64,000 bases of DNA from Kiritimatiellia bacterium (GCA_050949565.1 JBMNFY010000017.1:960001-1024000), one strand, 5' to 3'. Shown: positions 47,290 to 57,611, counted from the stretch's first letter. Made by a program: numbers and translations. Notes: generated from the letters alone by a model not told the origin.

Positions 47290-48228
47290 CTAGGGTGGGG
47301 TGTGGGTTTTTAGCAGGGTTTCGAGTGTGCCGCCGGGGCGGATGTAGCCGTGCGTGATACGCGCGGCGCGATCCAGCACATAGCGGTTGCACCAGATGGC
47401 GCGTTGTTTGTTGATACCGGTGCCGGGTGCCGAGGGCGAGAGCACCAGCGCCCAGCCCTCCGCACAGGCACGCGCGACAGCAGGCGGCAACCGCTTCGGT
47501 ATGCCGCCGGGCATGACGTGTATAAAGGGGCGCCGCACAGCCAGGCAACGCGCCAGCACACCGCGCTCCTGCGGGCTGGTAAAGGTAGAAATAACAGGTG
47601 CTGGACACGGAGGGGCTGGACACGGAGGTCCAGCCTTACGATATCGAGTGTCCGTATCGTGGGGCCGGACCTCCGCGTCCGGCCCCTCTGAGGCCACATA
47701 CGCCACCAGCGCCTCATGCAGCAACTCGAGATTGCCGCAGTGGTAGGTAGTCACGGGGCCGAAACGGTCGTTATCCCAGCGGGCGGGATTGTCACGCACA
47801 TAGGCGCGGATGTTCTCAAGCTCGCGGCGCGAGGTGATCAGGTTGTCATAGTAGCTGGACATCCAGAGACTGGTGCCGATGTCCGGGCACTGTCCGGCCC
47901 GGACGGCGGCGTGGTACAGATGCGTCGTGAAGCTTTTGAACCCCTGTATCAGGTAAGAGAGGTGGTTGGGTTTGTTTGTCGGGCGGCGGTGAATGCGGAT
48001 CACGGCGTGAAAGTGATTGGGCATCACGACGGATGCGTCGCGGTATGCCTCCGGATGACGCGCAAACATGCCCTCCCAACTGCTTCCGACCTTCTCTCCC
48101 AGAGCGTTCAACTCGCACTTGTCATCCGCAATGACACCGAACATCGTCTTGTTCTGCGCGACCTGCATCGTGACAAAGAACCAGCCGTCGGAGTAGTTGA
48201 TGTTCGAATTGCGGAGCGGGTTGGACAT
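47290..48228 (-). CDS. REP-associated tyrosine transposase (RAYT, HUH Y1) fused to a DprA/SMF-like SLOG domain
   Basis: YSDGWFFVT, VVMPNHFHAVI, GFKS, W..SYYD.LI...EL..IRAYV..NP..W; C-terminal GNLELL...VISTFTSPQE...G.ALVLSP...A..CNRYV...PGGTL. Confidence 0.85.
   Translation of the reverse strand: MSNPLRNSNINYSDGWFFVTMQVAQNKTMFGVIADDKCELNALGEKVGSSWEGMFARHPEAYRDASVVMPNHFHAVIRIHRRPTNKPNHLSYLIQGFKSFTTHLYHAAVRAGQCPDIGTSLWMSSYYDNLITSRRELENIRAYVRDNPARWDNDRFGPVTTYHCGNLELLHEALVAYVASEGPDAEVRPHDTDTRYRKAGPPCPAPPCPAPVISTFTSPQERGVLARCLAVRRPFIHVMPGGIPKRLPPAVARACAEGWALVLSPSAPGTGINKQRAIWCNRYVLDRAARITHGYIRPGGTLETLLKTHTPP
47614..47685. repeat. Inverted REP doublet inside the RAYT ORF
   Basis: GGCTGGACACGGAGGTCCAGCCTTAC and GTGGGGCCGGACCTCCGCGTCCGGCCC; a partial third copy at ~47600. 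Confidence 0.8.
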
Positions 48229-48248
48229 GGGGCCTTACCTGTGGTCGC

Positions 48249-48278
48249 ATGGTAAACCAGCAAGACGGATAAAGTCAA
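48249..48278 (-). promoter_or_regulatory. Putative sigma70 promoter of the RAYT-CARF operon
   Basis: TTGACT-18 nt-TACCAT, 20 nt upstream of ATG 48228. Confidence 0.55.
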
Positions 48279-48514
48279 ACCCACATTCGGAAAGGGGAAA
48301 AGCGAGCAGTTAAAGCCAATCCGGACCGGGTCTAATTTGGTGAATCTGGCCGTTTCGTCGAAGCGGCCAGATTCACTTGAACCCACAAATTGCCGATTTT
48401 GGTCACTTTTCCCCTGTTTCTGCTTGACCCAACGGGGTTTATCATAGAAACTACCGAATTACCGCGCCCTTGTGGCGTGATGGAGAACGTTTGTTCCACG
48501 GGAAAGAACGCGCG

Positions 48515-49537
48515 ATGTTCAATAAGCTTTTGGCCTTTTTATCCAGCGATATCGGGATTGATCTCGGAACCGCGAATACCTTGGTGTTTGTCAAGGATCG
48601 CGGGGTCGTGATACGGGAGCCGTCTGTCGTTGCCATTCAAGAGGGCACCAAACGGATTTTGGCGGTCGGCGAAGAGGCCAGACGCATGTTGGGCCGTACG
48701 CCGGCGCATATTGTGGCGATGCGGCCCATGGAGTCGGGCGTGATCGCAGACTTTGATATCACGGAGGCGATGATCCGCTACTTCATTCGCAAGGTCCATT
48801 CGACCAAGCTGGTGAAGCCGCGCGTGATTGTGGCAGTGCCGAGCAATATCACGGAAGTGGAGAAACGCGCCGTGCAGGAATCGGCGCGCCACGCGGGTGC
48901 CCGCGAGGTCTTCCTGATTGAAGAACCGATGGCGGCTGCTATCGGTGTCGGGTTGCCCGTGTCTGAGCCGGCCGGTAACATGATCGTCGATATCGGCGGT
49001 GGAACCTGCGAGGTCGCGTTGATCTCGCTGGCCGGCATCGTGTACTCGCGAAGCGTCCGCATCGGCGGCGACGCGATGGACAAATGTATCGTCCAGTACA
49101 TGCGAAGAGTTTACAATCTGTTGATTGGAGAGCGAACCGCGGAAGAAATTAAAATCACCATCGGTTCGGCTTATTCTTTGGGTGAGGAGTGTACGCTGGA
49201 AGTCAAGGGCCGCGACCTGGTGGCCGGGCTTCCCAAAACCCTGACTGTCACTTCGGAAGAAATTCGTGACGCTTTGCAGGAGCCGGTCTCCGCAATCGTT
49301 GAAGCCGTGCGGATCACGCTGGAGAGGTGTCCGCCGGAACTGTCGGCCGACCTTGTTGACCGGGGCCTTATCCTGGCGGGCGGCGGTTCCATGCTGCGTG
49401 GCTTGGACAAGTTGATCGCGTCACAGACAGGACTGCCCGTCACGCTGGCCGACGACCCGTTGAGCGCGGTCGTGGAGGGGACGGGAGTGGTGTTGAATGA
49501 GCTGAATTTCCTGGCCAAGTCGAAAATGGGCCGGTGA
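48515..49537 (+). CDS. mreB: Rod shape-determining protein MreB
   Basis: GIDLGTANT, EEPMAAAIG, VDIGGGT, IGERTAE. Confidence 0.97.
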   Translation: MFNKLLAFLSSDIGIDLGTANTLVFVKDRGVVIREPSVVAIQEGTKRILAVGEEARRMLGRTPAHIVAMRPMESGVIADFDITEAMIRYFIRKVHSTKLVKPRVIVAVPSNITEVEKRAVQESARHAGAREVFLIEEPMAAAIGVGLPVSEPAGNMIVDIGGGTCEVALISLAGIVYSRSVRIGGDAMDKCIVQYMRRVYNLLIGERTAEEIKITIGSAYSLGEECTLEVKGRDLVAGLPKTLTVTSEEIRDALQEPVSAIVEAVRITLERCPPELSADLVDRGLILAGGGSMLRGLDKLIASQTGLPVTLADDPLSAVVEGTGVVLNELNFLAKSKMGR

Positions 49538-49594
49538 TTTTCTGCGGTTGCTTTCTGGTCTCTGCCAGCCCGGTAAAACGGGGGAGCGACCAGG

Positions 49595-50449
49595 GTGAAG
49601 CAAACGAAATGGTGGATATGGCTGTTGGCCGCGTCGCTCGGCGTGCTGGTGTTCTGGCATGCCGGGGCGAATGTATTATCGCGCGAAGCGCTCTATCCTT
49701 ACGAAAATGCCAAGGTGTGGTTTGACCGGACCGTGTGGGTCCGCGTGCGAGCCGTCATCACGCGCGCCCGCACGGCAACGCGCGCGGCCATGCTTGAGCG
49801 CGATGTGGCGCGCCTGCGCATGGCGGTCAGTGAGGTCGAGGAGCTAGAAGCCGAAGTTGCCCGTCTGCGCGAACTGCTGGACTTTTCCCCGCCCATCGCC
49901 TGCCGCTGGCAGGCCGCCCCGGTGTTGTCGCGTGGCGGCACCTCCGCCGTCTGGCAAAGTGTGCGGCTCGGCAAGGGTTCGCGGCACGGGGTCCGTAAAG
50001 GCGATCCCGTCGTGGTTCCGGATGGCATCGTCGGGCGTGTCGCGGAGGTCTCCCCCCACACCTGCGATGTGATGCTCATCACCGATCCCAACAGCCGCGT
50101 CGCCTGCGAATTGGAGACGCCCGGCGAGGGTGTGGGCGTCGTGCGCGGTATCCTGTACGGCGGCGGCTCGCGTCCGGCGGCGGCCCCCGCCCTGACCCTG
50201 CTCTATGTGGTCGAGCCGTTGCGGCTGCGCTATCTGTCCCGGGACTTTGAACCGCCGCCGCGTACGCGCGTCGTGACCTCGGGGCTGGGGACGACCTACC
50301 CCAAGGGTCTGACCGTCGGCTATCTGCTGGAAAGCAAGCTGAATCCAGACGGCCTCGCACGCGAAGCTTCCGTGATACCGGCTGTCGATATGGCGGCGCT
50401 TGACGAGGTCTTCATCCTGACACGGCAAGGAGGCCGCCATGCGCGTTGA
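49595..50449 (+). CDS. mreC: Rod shape-determining protein MreC
   Basis: RLRELL, GKGSRHGV, GIVGRV, VVTSGLG..YPKG; synteny. Confidence 0.9.
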   Translation: MKQTKWWIWLLAASLGVLVFWHAGANVLSREALYPYENAKVWFDRTVWVRVRAVITRARTATRAAMLERDVARLRMAVSEVEELEAEVARLRELLDFSPPIACRWQAAPVLSRGGTSAVWQSVRLGKGSRHGVRKGDPVVVPDGIVGRVAEVSPHTCDVMLITDPNSRVACELETPGEGVGVVRGILYGGGSRPAAAPALTLLYVVEPLRLRYLSRDFEPPPRTRVVTSGLGTTYPKGLTVGYLLESKLNPDGLAREASVIPAVDMAALDEVFILTRQGGRHAR

Positions 50450-50978
50450 CATGCACCTGCCGGTTTTGGTCTTCACCCTGTTCATAGCCGCGCTGATGCA
50501 GGACCTTTTCCCTGTCACGGCCGCTCTCCCGGTCAAACCCGTTTTCCTGACAGCCGTGGCGCTTTACGCCGCGCTGACCCGTCCGGTGTGGATCGCCCTG
50601 ACGGCGATGGTTTGGGCCGGTGGGCTCACCGATGCGCTCGGAGGGTTGCCGCCGCTCTGCACGCCGATTTTCCTAATGCTGCTCTACGCAGCGACCCGTC
50701 TGCTGCAACGCGTCTTTCTCGAAGCCGGCCTGTTGCAAGGCGTGTTGGTAACGGCTGCGGTCGCCGCCGCACAGTGGCTCTGGACCCAGCTTTGGCTGCA
50801 CGGCGGTGCCGCGCTTTTCACCTTGGAAAACCTGAAGTTACTCGTCTACACGATACCGGCTGGCATGCTGGCCGGTTTCATTGGTTTTATTTTTTGCGGT
50901 CTGACTGACCGCCTCTCCGGCCTTGTCAAGCCGGTGGAAGAGGGACATGGAATCTTATGGGCAGAAACTGACCGATAG
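50439..50978 (+). CDS. mreD: Rod shape-determining protein MreD
   Basis: Hydrophobic, G..TDALGG motif; lies between mreC and mrdA. Confidence 0.75.
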   Translation: MRVDMHLPVLVFTLFIAALMQDLFPVTAALPVKPVFLTAVALYAALTRPVWIALTAMVWAGGLTDALGGLPPLCTPIFLMLLYAATRLLQRVFLEAGLLQGVLVTAAVAAAQWLWTQLWLHGGAALFTLENLKLLVYTIPAGMLAGFIGFIFCGLTDRLSGLVKPVEEGHGILWAETDR

Positions 50979-52770
50979 CTGGCGGATCGCGCTTTTGGCG
51001 CTGTTGTATGCGACAGGAATCGTGTTTTTGGCGGTGTCGTTGCACCGCGTGCAAGTCAAGCGCTTCTCTGTGCTTTCCCGCGATCAGTTACGGCAGAGTG
51101 TGCGGCGGGTCCAAGTGCCGGGTCCGCGCGGCCGGATTTTTGACCGCAACGGCGTCTGCCTGGCCGACAACCGGGCGAGCTACTGCATTGCCTACTATGT
51201 CGAGGAATTGCGCAAACGCGGGCGCTGGATCAACACGATCAAGGCGGTAGATGCCGATGTCGACCGTCTGGCCTCCGAACTGGGCATCCCGCGCCAGCTC
51301 TCGTTCACCGCAATCTCCAACCATGTGCTCCAAAGCTTGCCGATGCCGCTGCTGGCCTGGCGCGATGTGGACCAGGAAACCCTCGCACGTTGGGCCGAAA
51401 CCGTGGAGCCCTTCCCCGGCGTGGATATCTATGTGCAGCCCGAGCGGATCTACCCGCAAGGTACGCTCGCCGCGCATGTGCTGGGCTATGTCGGACGCGA
51501 CCGTCCCCAGCCGCTGCCCGGCCATAAAATCCACTTCTACCTGCCTGAAATGATCGGCAAACAGGGCATTGAGCGGCAGTACAATCAGACCCTCACCGGC
51601 ACCTCGGGCGGACGTCTGATCCGCGTCGACGCGCGCGGTTACAAGCATGCGGTCTGGGAAGGCGAGGCCTCGGTCGCCGGCGACGACGTACACCTCACGC
51701 TTGATGTCAACGTGCAGCGCGCACTGGAGAAAGCGTTGCACGGCTGGCGCGGTGCGGGGGTGGTGATTGATCCTCGCAACGGCGAGGTGCTGGCACTGGC
51801 CAGCGCCCCCTCTTTCGATCCCAATGATTTCGTCCCGATTATGACCTCGGGCGTCTGGAAACGCCTGAACGAGGATCCCGCGCTGCCCCTCTTCAATCGT
51901 GCGGTACTGGGCCGCTATGCGCCGGGCAGCACTTTCAAGCCGGTCACCGCGATCGCTGCATTGCGCCAAGGCATTCCCGCAGGAATGACCTACACCTGCG
52001 ATGGTGTTTTCCGGCTTGGCAATATGCGGCTGCGCTGTTGGAACACCTACGGCCACGGCGAAATCGCGTTGCGCAAGGCCATCGAGCAATCATGCAACGC
52101 CTTCTTCTGCCACCTCGCCCATTCCATCGGCTACGACCCGATCTATGAGGAGGCGCGCCAACTCGGACTCGGCAGACCCACCGGGATCGACCTGCCCAGT
52201 GAGGCCGGCGGTCTGCTGCCCACCGACGCATGGAAAAAAGAAAACATGCGCGACGCCTGGCGTCCCGGCGACACCTGCCAGGTTTCGATCGGCCAGGGGC
52301 TGCTGCTCACCACGCCGCTGCAGATGGCGCTACTGACCTCGGTTTTTGCAAACGGCGGCACCCTCTACCGCCCCCACTTAATGCGGCGCGACGGTCTGCC
52401 CGAAGAACTCAACACAATGGAATGGCCGCCCGCAGCCATCGCACTGGTGCGCGGCGGCATGCACGACGTGGCGGAACTGGGTACCGGCCGCCGCGTGCGC
52501 GTGCGCGGCACGGCGGTCGCCGCCAAAACCGGAACGGCCGAAGTCGATGTGGGCGGCGTGCGCCGCAAGAACACGTGGGTCACCGCCTTCGCGCCCTTTA
52601 CTCAGCCCACGGTGGCCGTCGCGATCATCGTCGAGAACGGCGAATCGGGCGGGCTCACCGTCGCCCCGATGGTGCATGACGTGCTGGCTTCGATTTTCGG
52701 CGAGACCCCGCTCGAAAGTGATCCGGCAGCAGGTACGGCATCCCCGGAACCAGAAGTGAGGGGGGACTGA
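50947..52770 (+). CDS. mrdA: Penicillin-binding protein 2
   Basis: RGRIFDRNG, PGSTFK, SCN, KTGTA. Confidence 0.93.
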   Translation: MESYGQKLTDSWRIALLALLYATGIVFLAVSLHRVQVKRFSVLSRDQLRQSVRRVQVPGPRGRIFDRNGVCLADNRASYCIAYYVEELRKRGRWINTIKAVDADVDRLASELGIPRQLSFTAISNHVLQSLPMPLLAWRDVDQETLARWAETVEPFPGVDIYVQPERIYPQGTLAAHVLGYVGRDRPQPLPGHKIHFYLPEMIGKQGIERQYNQTLTGTSGGRLIRVDARGYKHAVWEGEASVAGDDVHLTLDVNVQRALEKALHGWRGAGVVIDPRNGEVLALASAPSFDPNDFVPIMTSGVWKRLNEDPALPLFNRAVLGRYAPGSTFKPVTAIAALRQGIPAGMTYTCDGVFRLGNMRLRCWNTYGHGEIALRKAIEQSCNAFFCHLAHSIGYDPIYEEARQLGLGRPTGIDLPSEAGGLLPTDAWKKENMRDAWRPGDTCQVSIGQGLLLTTPLQMALLTSVFANGGTLYRPHLMRRDGLPEELNTMEWPPAAIALVRGGMHDVAELGTGRRVRVRGTAVAAKTGTAEVDVGGVRRKNTWVTAFAPFTQPTVAVAIIVENGESGGLTVAPMVHDVLASIFGETPLESDPAAGTASPEPEVRGD

Positions 52771-52771
52771 T

Positions 52772-53947
52772 ATGCTAAAAACCATCCTTAGCCGTCTCCA
52801 ACGCCTCAATCCGTTGCTCTTCGCCTGCATGGCGGGGCTGATCGTGATCGGCGTGACCTTTGTTTACAGCGCCTGCTCGGTGCGCGGCGACCCCGAGTTG
52901 CGCATGCTCTATATGCGTCATGCGGAGGTCGGCGTGGCCGGTCTGGTAATCTACCTGGCGCTGGCATTGACCAACTACCGCATCGTGATCCGCCGCTGGA
53001 GTGGGCTGGTCTATCTGGTCTGTCTGGTGTTGCTGGTGCTCGTACCACTGATCGGCGAGGTTCGCATGGGGGCTCAGCGCTGGCTTTTCGGCATCCAGCC
53101 CTCGGAGCCGGCCAAGCTGGCGATCATCATGATGCTCGCATGGCTCTATAGCCGGCGCGAGACCAAGCGGGGCGTGCTGACGTTTCTGCTGACCCTCGTC
53201 GTGGTCGGCGTGCCGGCCGCGCTAATTCTGATGCAGCCCGATCTCGGCACAGCGATGGTACTGATACCCACCGTCTTCGCCATGCTCTTCGTAGCGCGCG
53301 TTGCACCGCGCATCGTCTGGACCTGCGTATTGGTTGGCGCAACCGTTGTGACGCTGGTTCTGGGCCTGATCTATACGGCCGAGAAGACCGACCTACCGCA
53401 AGAGCGACGCGAGCAGTTGATCGAGATGACCCAACTCAAGCCGCATCAGGTGCGGCGTCTGCAAGTATTTCTCTTCCCGGACAAAGACCTGCATGGCAGC
53501 GGCTACAACCGCCGCCAGTCTGAGATCGCGGTCGGCTCCGGTGGTGTTTGGGGCAAAGGTTACCTCAAGGGCGAACAGTACATGCTCGGGTATCTGCCGC
53601 CCTCGGTCTCATCCAACGACTTCATTTTCGCGGTGCTGGCTGAAGAGGCCGGCTTCGCGGGTTCCCTGACGGTGCTGCTGCTGTTCCTGGGCCTGCTGAG
53701 CTCGGGACTGTGGATAGCGTTTCATTGCCAAGACGATACGGGGCGACTGTTCTGTGTCGGCGTCCTCACCCTGACCTTTAGCCACATGTTCATCAACATT
53801 GCGATGACGATCGGGATGATGCCGATAACCGGACTGCCGCTGCCGTTCATCAGTTACGGACGTACCTTTATGCTGACCATGATGGCGGCATTTGGGATGG
53901 TCCAGAGTGTGTCCATCTATGGACGTGAATCGGAGATAAGGTTTTGA
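52772..53947 (+). CDS. rodA: SEDS peptidoglycan polymerase RodA
   Basis: GAQRW, QPSE, QPDLGT, GSGG..GKG, DFIF, PITGLPLPFISYG. Confidence 0.93.
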   Translation: MLKTILSRLQRLNPLLFACMAGLIVIGVTFVYSACSVRGDPELRMLYMRHAEVGVAGLVIYLALALTNYRIVIRRWSGLVYLVCLVLLVLVPLIGEVRMGAQRWLFGIQPSEPAKLAIIMMLAWLYSRRETKRGVLTFLLTLVVVGVPAALILMQPDLGTAMVLIPTVFAMLFVARVAPRIVWTCVLVGATVVTLVLGLIYTAEKTDLPQERREQLIEMTQLKPHQVRRLQVFLFPDKDLHGSGYNRRQSEIAVGSGGVWGKGYLKGEQYMLGYLPPSVSSNDFIFAVLAEEAGFAGSLTVLLLFLGLLSSGLWIAFHCQDDTGRLFCVGVLTLTFSHMFINIAMTIGMMPITGLPLPFISYGRTFMLTMMAAFGMVQSVSIYGRESEIRF

Positions 53948-53994
53948 GAGGGCGTCGAAAGCGCCCCTCGCGGGGCCAACAAGGAGAAACAAGC

Positions 53995-55584
53995 ATGGCA
54001 TTGTTCGGATGGCTTAAAAAGGGCGCTCCCAAGCGCGAAATCGTAGTCAATGTCGAAAAGCTCGAGACGCGCGTAGCGGTGGTCGAGAATGGACGGGTTG
54101 AAGAGTTTCAGGTCGAACACCCCACCGAAGAGCGGCTCGTGGGCAGTATCTTCAAAGGACGCATCCAGAATCTGGAGCACGACCTGCAGGCCGCCTTCGT
54201 GGATATCGGACTGAAGAAAAACGCCTTCCTTCACTACTGGGACATGCTGCCCGACGATGACAGCAGGCTGGACGAGGATGACGACAACACGCGCCCTTCA
54301 CGGCGGCGGCGGGTCTCAAACGACATGATCGCCAAGCGCTTCCCTCCGGGCTCCGAAATCGTGGTGCAGGTCACCAAAGGTCCGATCAGCACCAAAGGCC
54401 CGCGCGTCACCGCCAACCTCAGCCTGCCCGGCCGCTATCTGGTCATGATGCCCGGCACGCGTCTGCGCGGCGTCTCGCGCAAGATCGGTGATGCCAAGGA
54501 GCGCCAGCGCCTGAAGAAGATTCTCGATCGCTTGCCGCTGCCGGATGACGCCGGCCTGATCGTCCGCACCGTTGGTTCGGGTGCCAACAAACGCGCCTTC
54601 GTGCGCGACCTGCGGAACCTGTGGGAGTCCTGGAACGAACTGCAGGGCAACATCAAAAACCTCAAGCCGCCGGCCTGTGTCTATCAAGAGCCCGACTTGG
54701 TCGAACGCGTCGTGCGTGACTGGCTGACCGAGGAAATCGACCGCGTGACGATCGACGACGCTGAAGCCTACAACCGCATCCGCAGCGTGGCCGGAAGAAT
54801 CTCGCGCCGTGCAAAAAACATCATCCACCGCTACGAGGGACAGCTCTCGATCTTCGAGCATCACGGCGTGGAGCGCCAACTCGAAGACGCGTTCCGGCGC
54901 AAGGTCAACCTCAAGTCCGGCGGTTATCTGATCTTCGATGAGACCGAAGCGCTGATCGCCATTGACGTCAACACCGGACGCCACCGCGGCAAAGGCTCGC
55001 AGGAAGAGGCGATCCTCGAGGTAAATCTCGAAGCTGTCGAAGAAGTCGCGCGCCAGCTCCGCCTGCGCAACATCGGCGGACTGGTGGTGGTCGACCTGAT
55101 CGACATGAAATCGCGCAAACATCAGAACACGGTTCACAAGGCCATGAAGCAGGCACTCAAGCGCGACCGCTCCCGCACCAACGTATTGCCCATCTCTGAG
55201 CTAGGGCTGATGGAAATGACCCGCCAGCGCCAAGAAGAGAGCCTGCTCTCGCAGATGTATGCGGATTGCCCTTACTGTCGCGGCCACGGTCTAATCAAAT
55301 CGCCTCTGGCGCTGAGCGTAGACATCCAGCGCCAGCTCGCGGCCATCATGCGTAAAGTACGTCAGGAAGGGAGCGACATGGTTGAATTGCAGATCATCGT
55401 CGCGCCCTGCGTGCTTGATCGCTTGCGTACCGAAGATGAGGCTTTCTTGGTCGAATTGCAACGGCGCTATACGGGGCGCTTGACCTTCAAATCGGAACTC
55501 CACCGCCATCCCGAATCCTTCTGCATTGCAGACGGACAGAGCGGCAAGATCCTCTACTCAGTCGGCGACCAAGCCGCGCACTAG
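53995..55584 (+). CDS. rng: Ribonuclease E/G family
   Basis: [37 protein letters not shown]. Confidence 0.92.
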   Translation: MALFGWLKKGAPKREIVVNVEKLETRVAVVENGRVEEFQVEHPTEERLVGSIFKGRIQNLEHDLQAAFVDIGLKKNAFLHYWDMLPDDDSRLDEDDDNTRPSRRRRVSNDMIAKRFPPGSEIVVQVTKGPISTKGPRVTANLSLPGRYLVMMPGTRLRGVSRKIGDAKERQRLKKILDRLPLPDDAGLIVRTVGSGANKRAFVRDLRNLWESWNELQGNIKNLKPPACVYQEPDLVERVVRDWLTEEIDRVTIDDAEAYNRIRSVAGRISRRAKNIIHRYEGQLSIFEHHGVERQLEDAFRRKVNLKSGGYLIFDETEALIAIDVNTGRHRGKGSQEEAILEVNLEAVEEVARQLRLRNIGGLVVVDLIDMKSRKHQNTVHKAMKQALKRDRSRTNVLPISELGLMEMTRQRQEESLLSQMYADCPYCRGHGLIKSPLALSVDIQRQLAAIMRKVRQEGSDMVELQIIVAPCVLDRLRTEDEAFLVELQRRYTGRLTFKSELHRHPESFCIADGQSGKILYSVGDQAAH

Positions 55585-56100
55585 CCGAAAGGATGGGTTC
55601 AAGGGTTTCAGGGGTTCAAGGGTTTCAGGGTTTCAGGGTTTCAGGGTTCATACAGTGCTCGGGATCTTTTAACGCAGAGACGCGGAGACGCAGGGTTTTT
55701 TGGGGGATGGCTCGGGTTTTTTGGAACCGCCAAGGCGCCAAGAACGCCAAGGTTTTTGGAAGGGCAGTGCTCGGGTTTGTTTAACCACGAAATACACGGA
55801 ATACACGAACCACACGAAAAGCGGTGCCGCGCTTTTTCAGCATTTGCGGCATTCGCATCATTCGTGGTTAAAACAAACCCCACCCCGCAGGCGGCGTACA
55901 CGCCGCCGGGCGAACAGACGCTTGCCCCTCTCGGCGCTTCGTAAGCCCAGACCACAGAACGGGAGGGCGAGTGTCCCCACGAGCCGCCGCAACCCGCGCA
56001 CAGCGCGGCTCTTGTCACCGCACTCCAAATCCAAAAACACGACTTCCCGATATTACAGGGCAACTTGCAATGCAGAAGGAGACAGCGGTACAATACGGCT

Positions 56101-56232
56101 ATGAACCAGTTCGACGACGATGATGATGACGATGATTGCACTGGCAGATGCAATATCCACACCGTGATCTTCTGGGTGTGGGTGGTTGTCAGTGTCTTGT
56201 CTTTAATCAGCGGAATCGTGTTTGGGGATTGA
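56101..56232 (+). CDS. Unannotated 43-aa small membrane protein (poly-Asp + single TM helix)
   Basis: MNQFDDDDDDDDCTGRCNIHTVIFWVWVVVSVLSLISGIVFGD*; TTGCAA-18-TACAAT promoter ends 6 nt before the ATG. Confidence 0.6.
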   Translation: MNQFDDDDDDDDCTGRCNIHTVIFWVWVVVSVLSLISGIVFGD

Positions 56233-56524
56233 CGTTCTCCTCTAAGAGTTGAGAGTTGAACGTTGAAAGTTGAGCGTTGAGAGTTATCGCGTTTGGCGGC
56301 GCACACGCCGCTGGGCAAGCGGACGCCTGCCCCTCCCGGTGTTGCGCGAGACGAATCATGGGCTGGAGGGCGAGTGTCCCCACGAGCCGCACTTCGTCGC
56401 GACACTTCGTCGCTTACACCTAGTCCAAACACTTCGTCGCTGGCGCAATCGACTAAGTGTAGCGACTAAGCGTAACCGACTAAGCGTGTGGAACTAAGTG
56501 TTTCCGTGCGTTGCGCGGAAGGTG

Positions 56525-57611
56525 TTACTTCGCGCCCTTGCGGCGGTTGCATTCCCGGCAAAGCATCTGGCAGTTTTTCGGCTCGGTCTTGCCGCCTTCG
56601 CTCCAGGGAGTGATGTGATCCGCCTCCATCTCCGCCTCCTGGAACGGCTTGCGGCAGACGGTGAACACTTGCCCTTCTGGCGCTCGTATGCGCTGCGTTT
56701 CTGGGCGGGCGTGAAGGCGCGGATGTTCAGATGCCTCTCGTCGCGCGTTAAGCACGTAGGTGTAAACGCCCTTCTTGCTGGTTACGTCGTCGTCCATCAT
56801 CAGCGTCTCGATCTGCCGCTCCAGATCGGCCGTGTCAAGCGTGTCGCCACCGAACTGGTCGTAAAGCCCGCCCCAGTCGATGCCCTTCATCTCCCTGCGG
56901 TATTTCGGGAAGGTCAGCTTCACCCAATCGATGACGCTCTTGAAATAGGTCCACAGCGCATTCGCATTCGGATCGTGCTGGTGCTCGGCCATGTATTTTT
57001 CAATTTCGCCTTTGCTCTTCCATCGGATGGCCGTTTCGAGCAACTCCTGCCGTATCGGTGATCCCGGCACGTAGTCTTTCGCAAGCAGATACGCCGCGCA
57101 GTTGCTCTTGCTGAAAATCGTCTTCGCGTGCGACAGCCACGGACCGGTGTACACGGCGTTGCGCAGCTCCTGATCCGTGAGCTTCATTCCGGCGATGTTG
57201 ATGATCCTGAACCAGTCCAGCTTCTCCCTGTCGTTGCCCTCGCAGAAGTAGATCATCAGCTTGTAGTCGAGAATCTGGTTCCGCTCCGTCTCCGTCAGGT
57301 TGTGGAAAAAGCGGTTGTCGATCGAGAAGTCGCTGTTGACGTACTGGCAGAAGCTGATGGTGCGCTGCTGCCCGTCGAGCACCTCGAACGTGCCGTCCTC
57401 GTTCTTCACCCAGTACATGACGTTCAGCGGAAAGCCCTTGCGGATCGTATCCAACACGGCGTTACGCTTCTCAACGTCGTAGATGAACTCGCGCTGGTAC
57501 TTCGGGACGGATGTTCAGCCGCCCGCCATAACCGACAACGCCCTCCTCGGCGTTGTCCACATAACCCTCGGCAACGTCACGAACCGTGATCTCATGCAAC
57601 TTGATGTTCAT
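56525..57611 (-). pseudogene. DUF262 (ParB-like) + HNH endonuclease, three indels
   Basis: IRP/KYQREF, LDGQQR, F..IN..G..L, EADHITPWSEGG...NCQMLC..CN; frame breaks near 57504, 56748, 56664. Confidence 0.8.

Noticed and set aside
55593-56497. ORFs of 60-263 aa across the repeat cluster
   Set aside because: Translations consist of REP/tandem-module peptides seen at other repeat loci, with no host-gene domain attached
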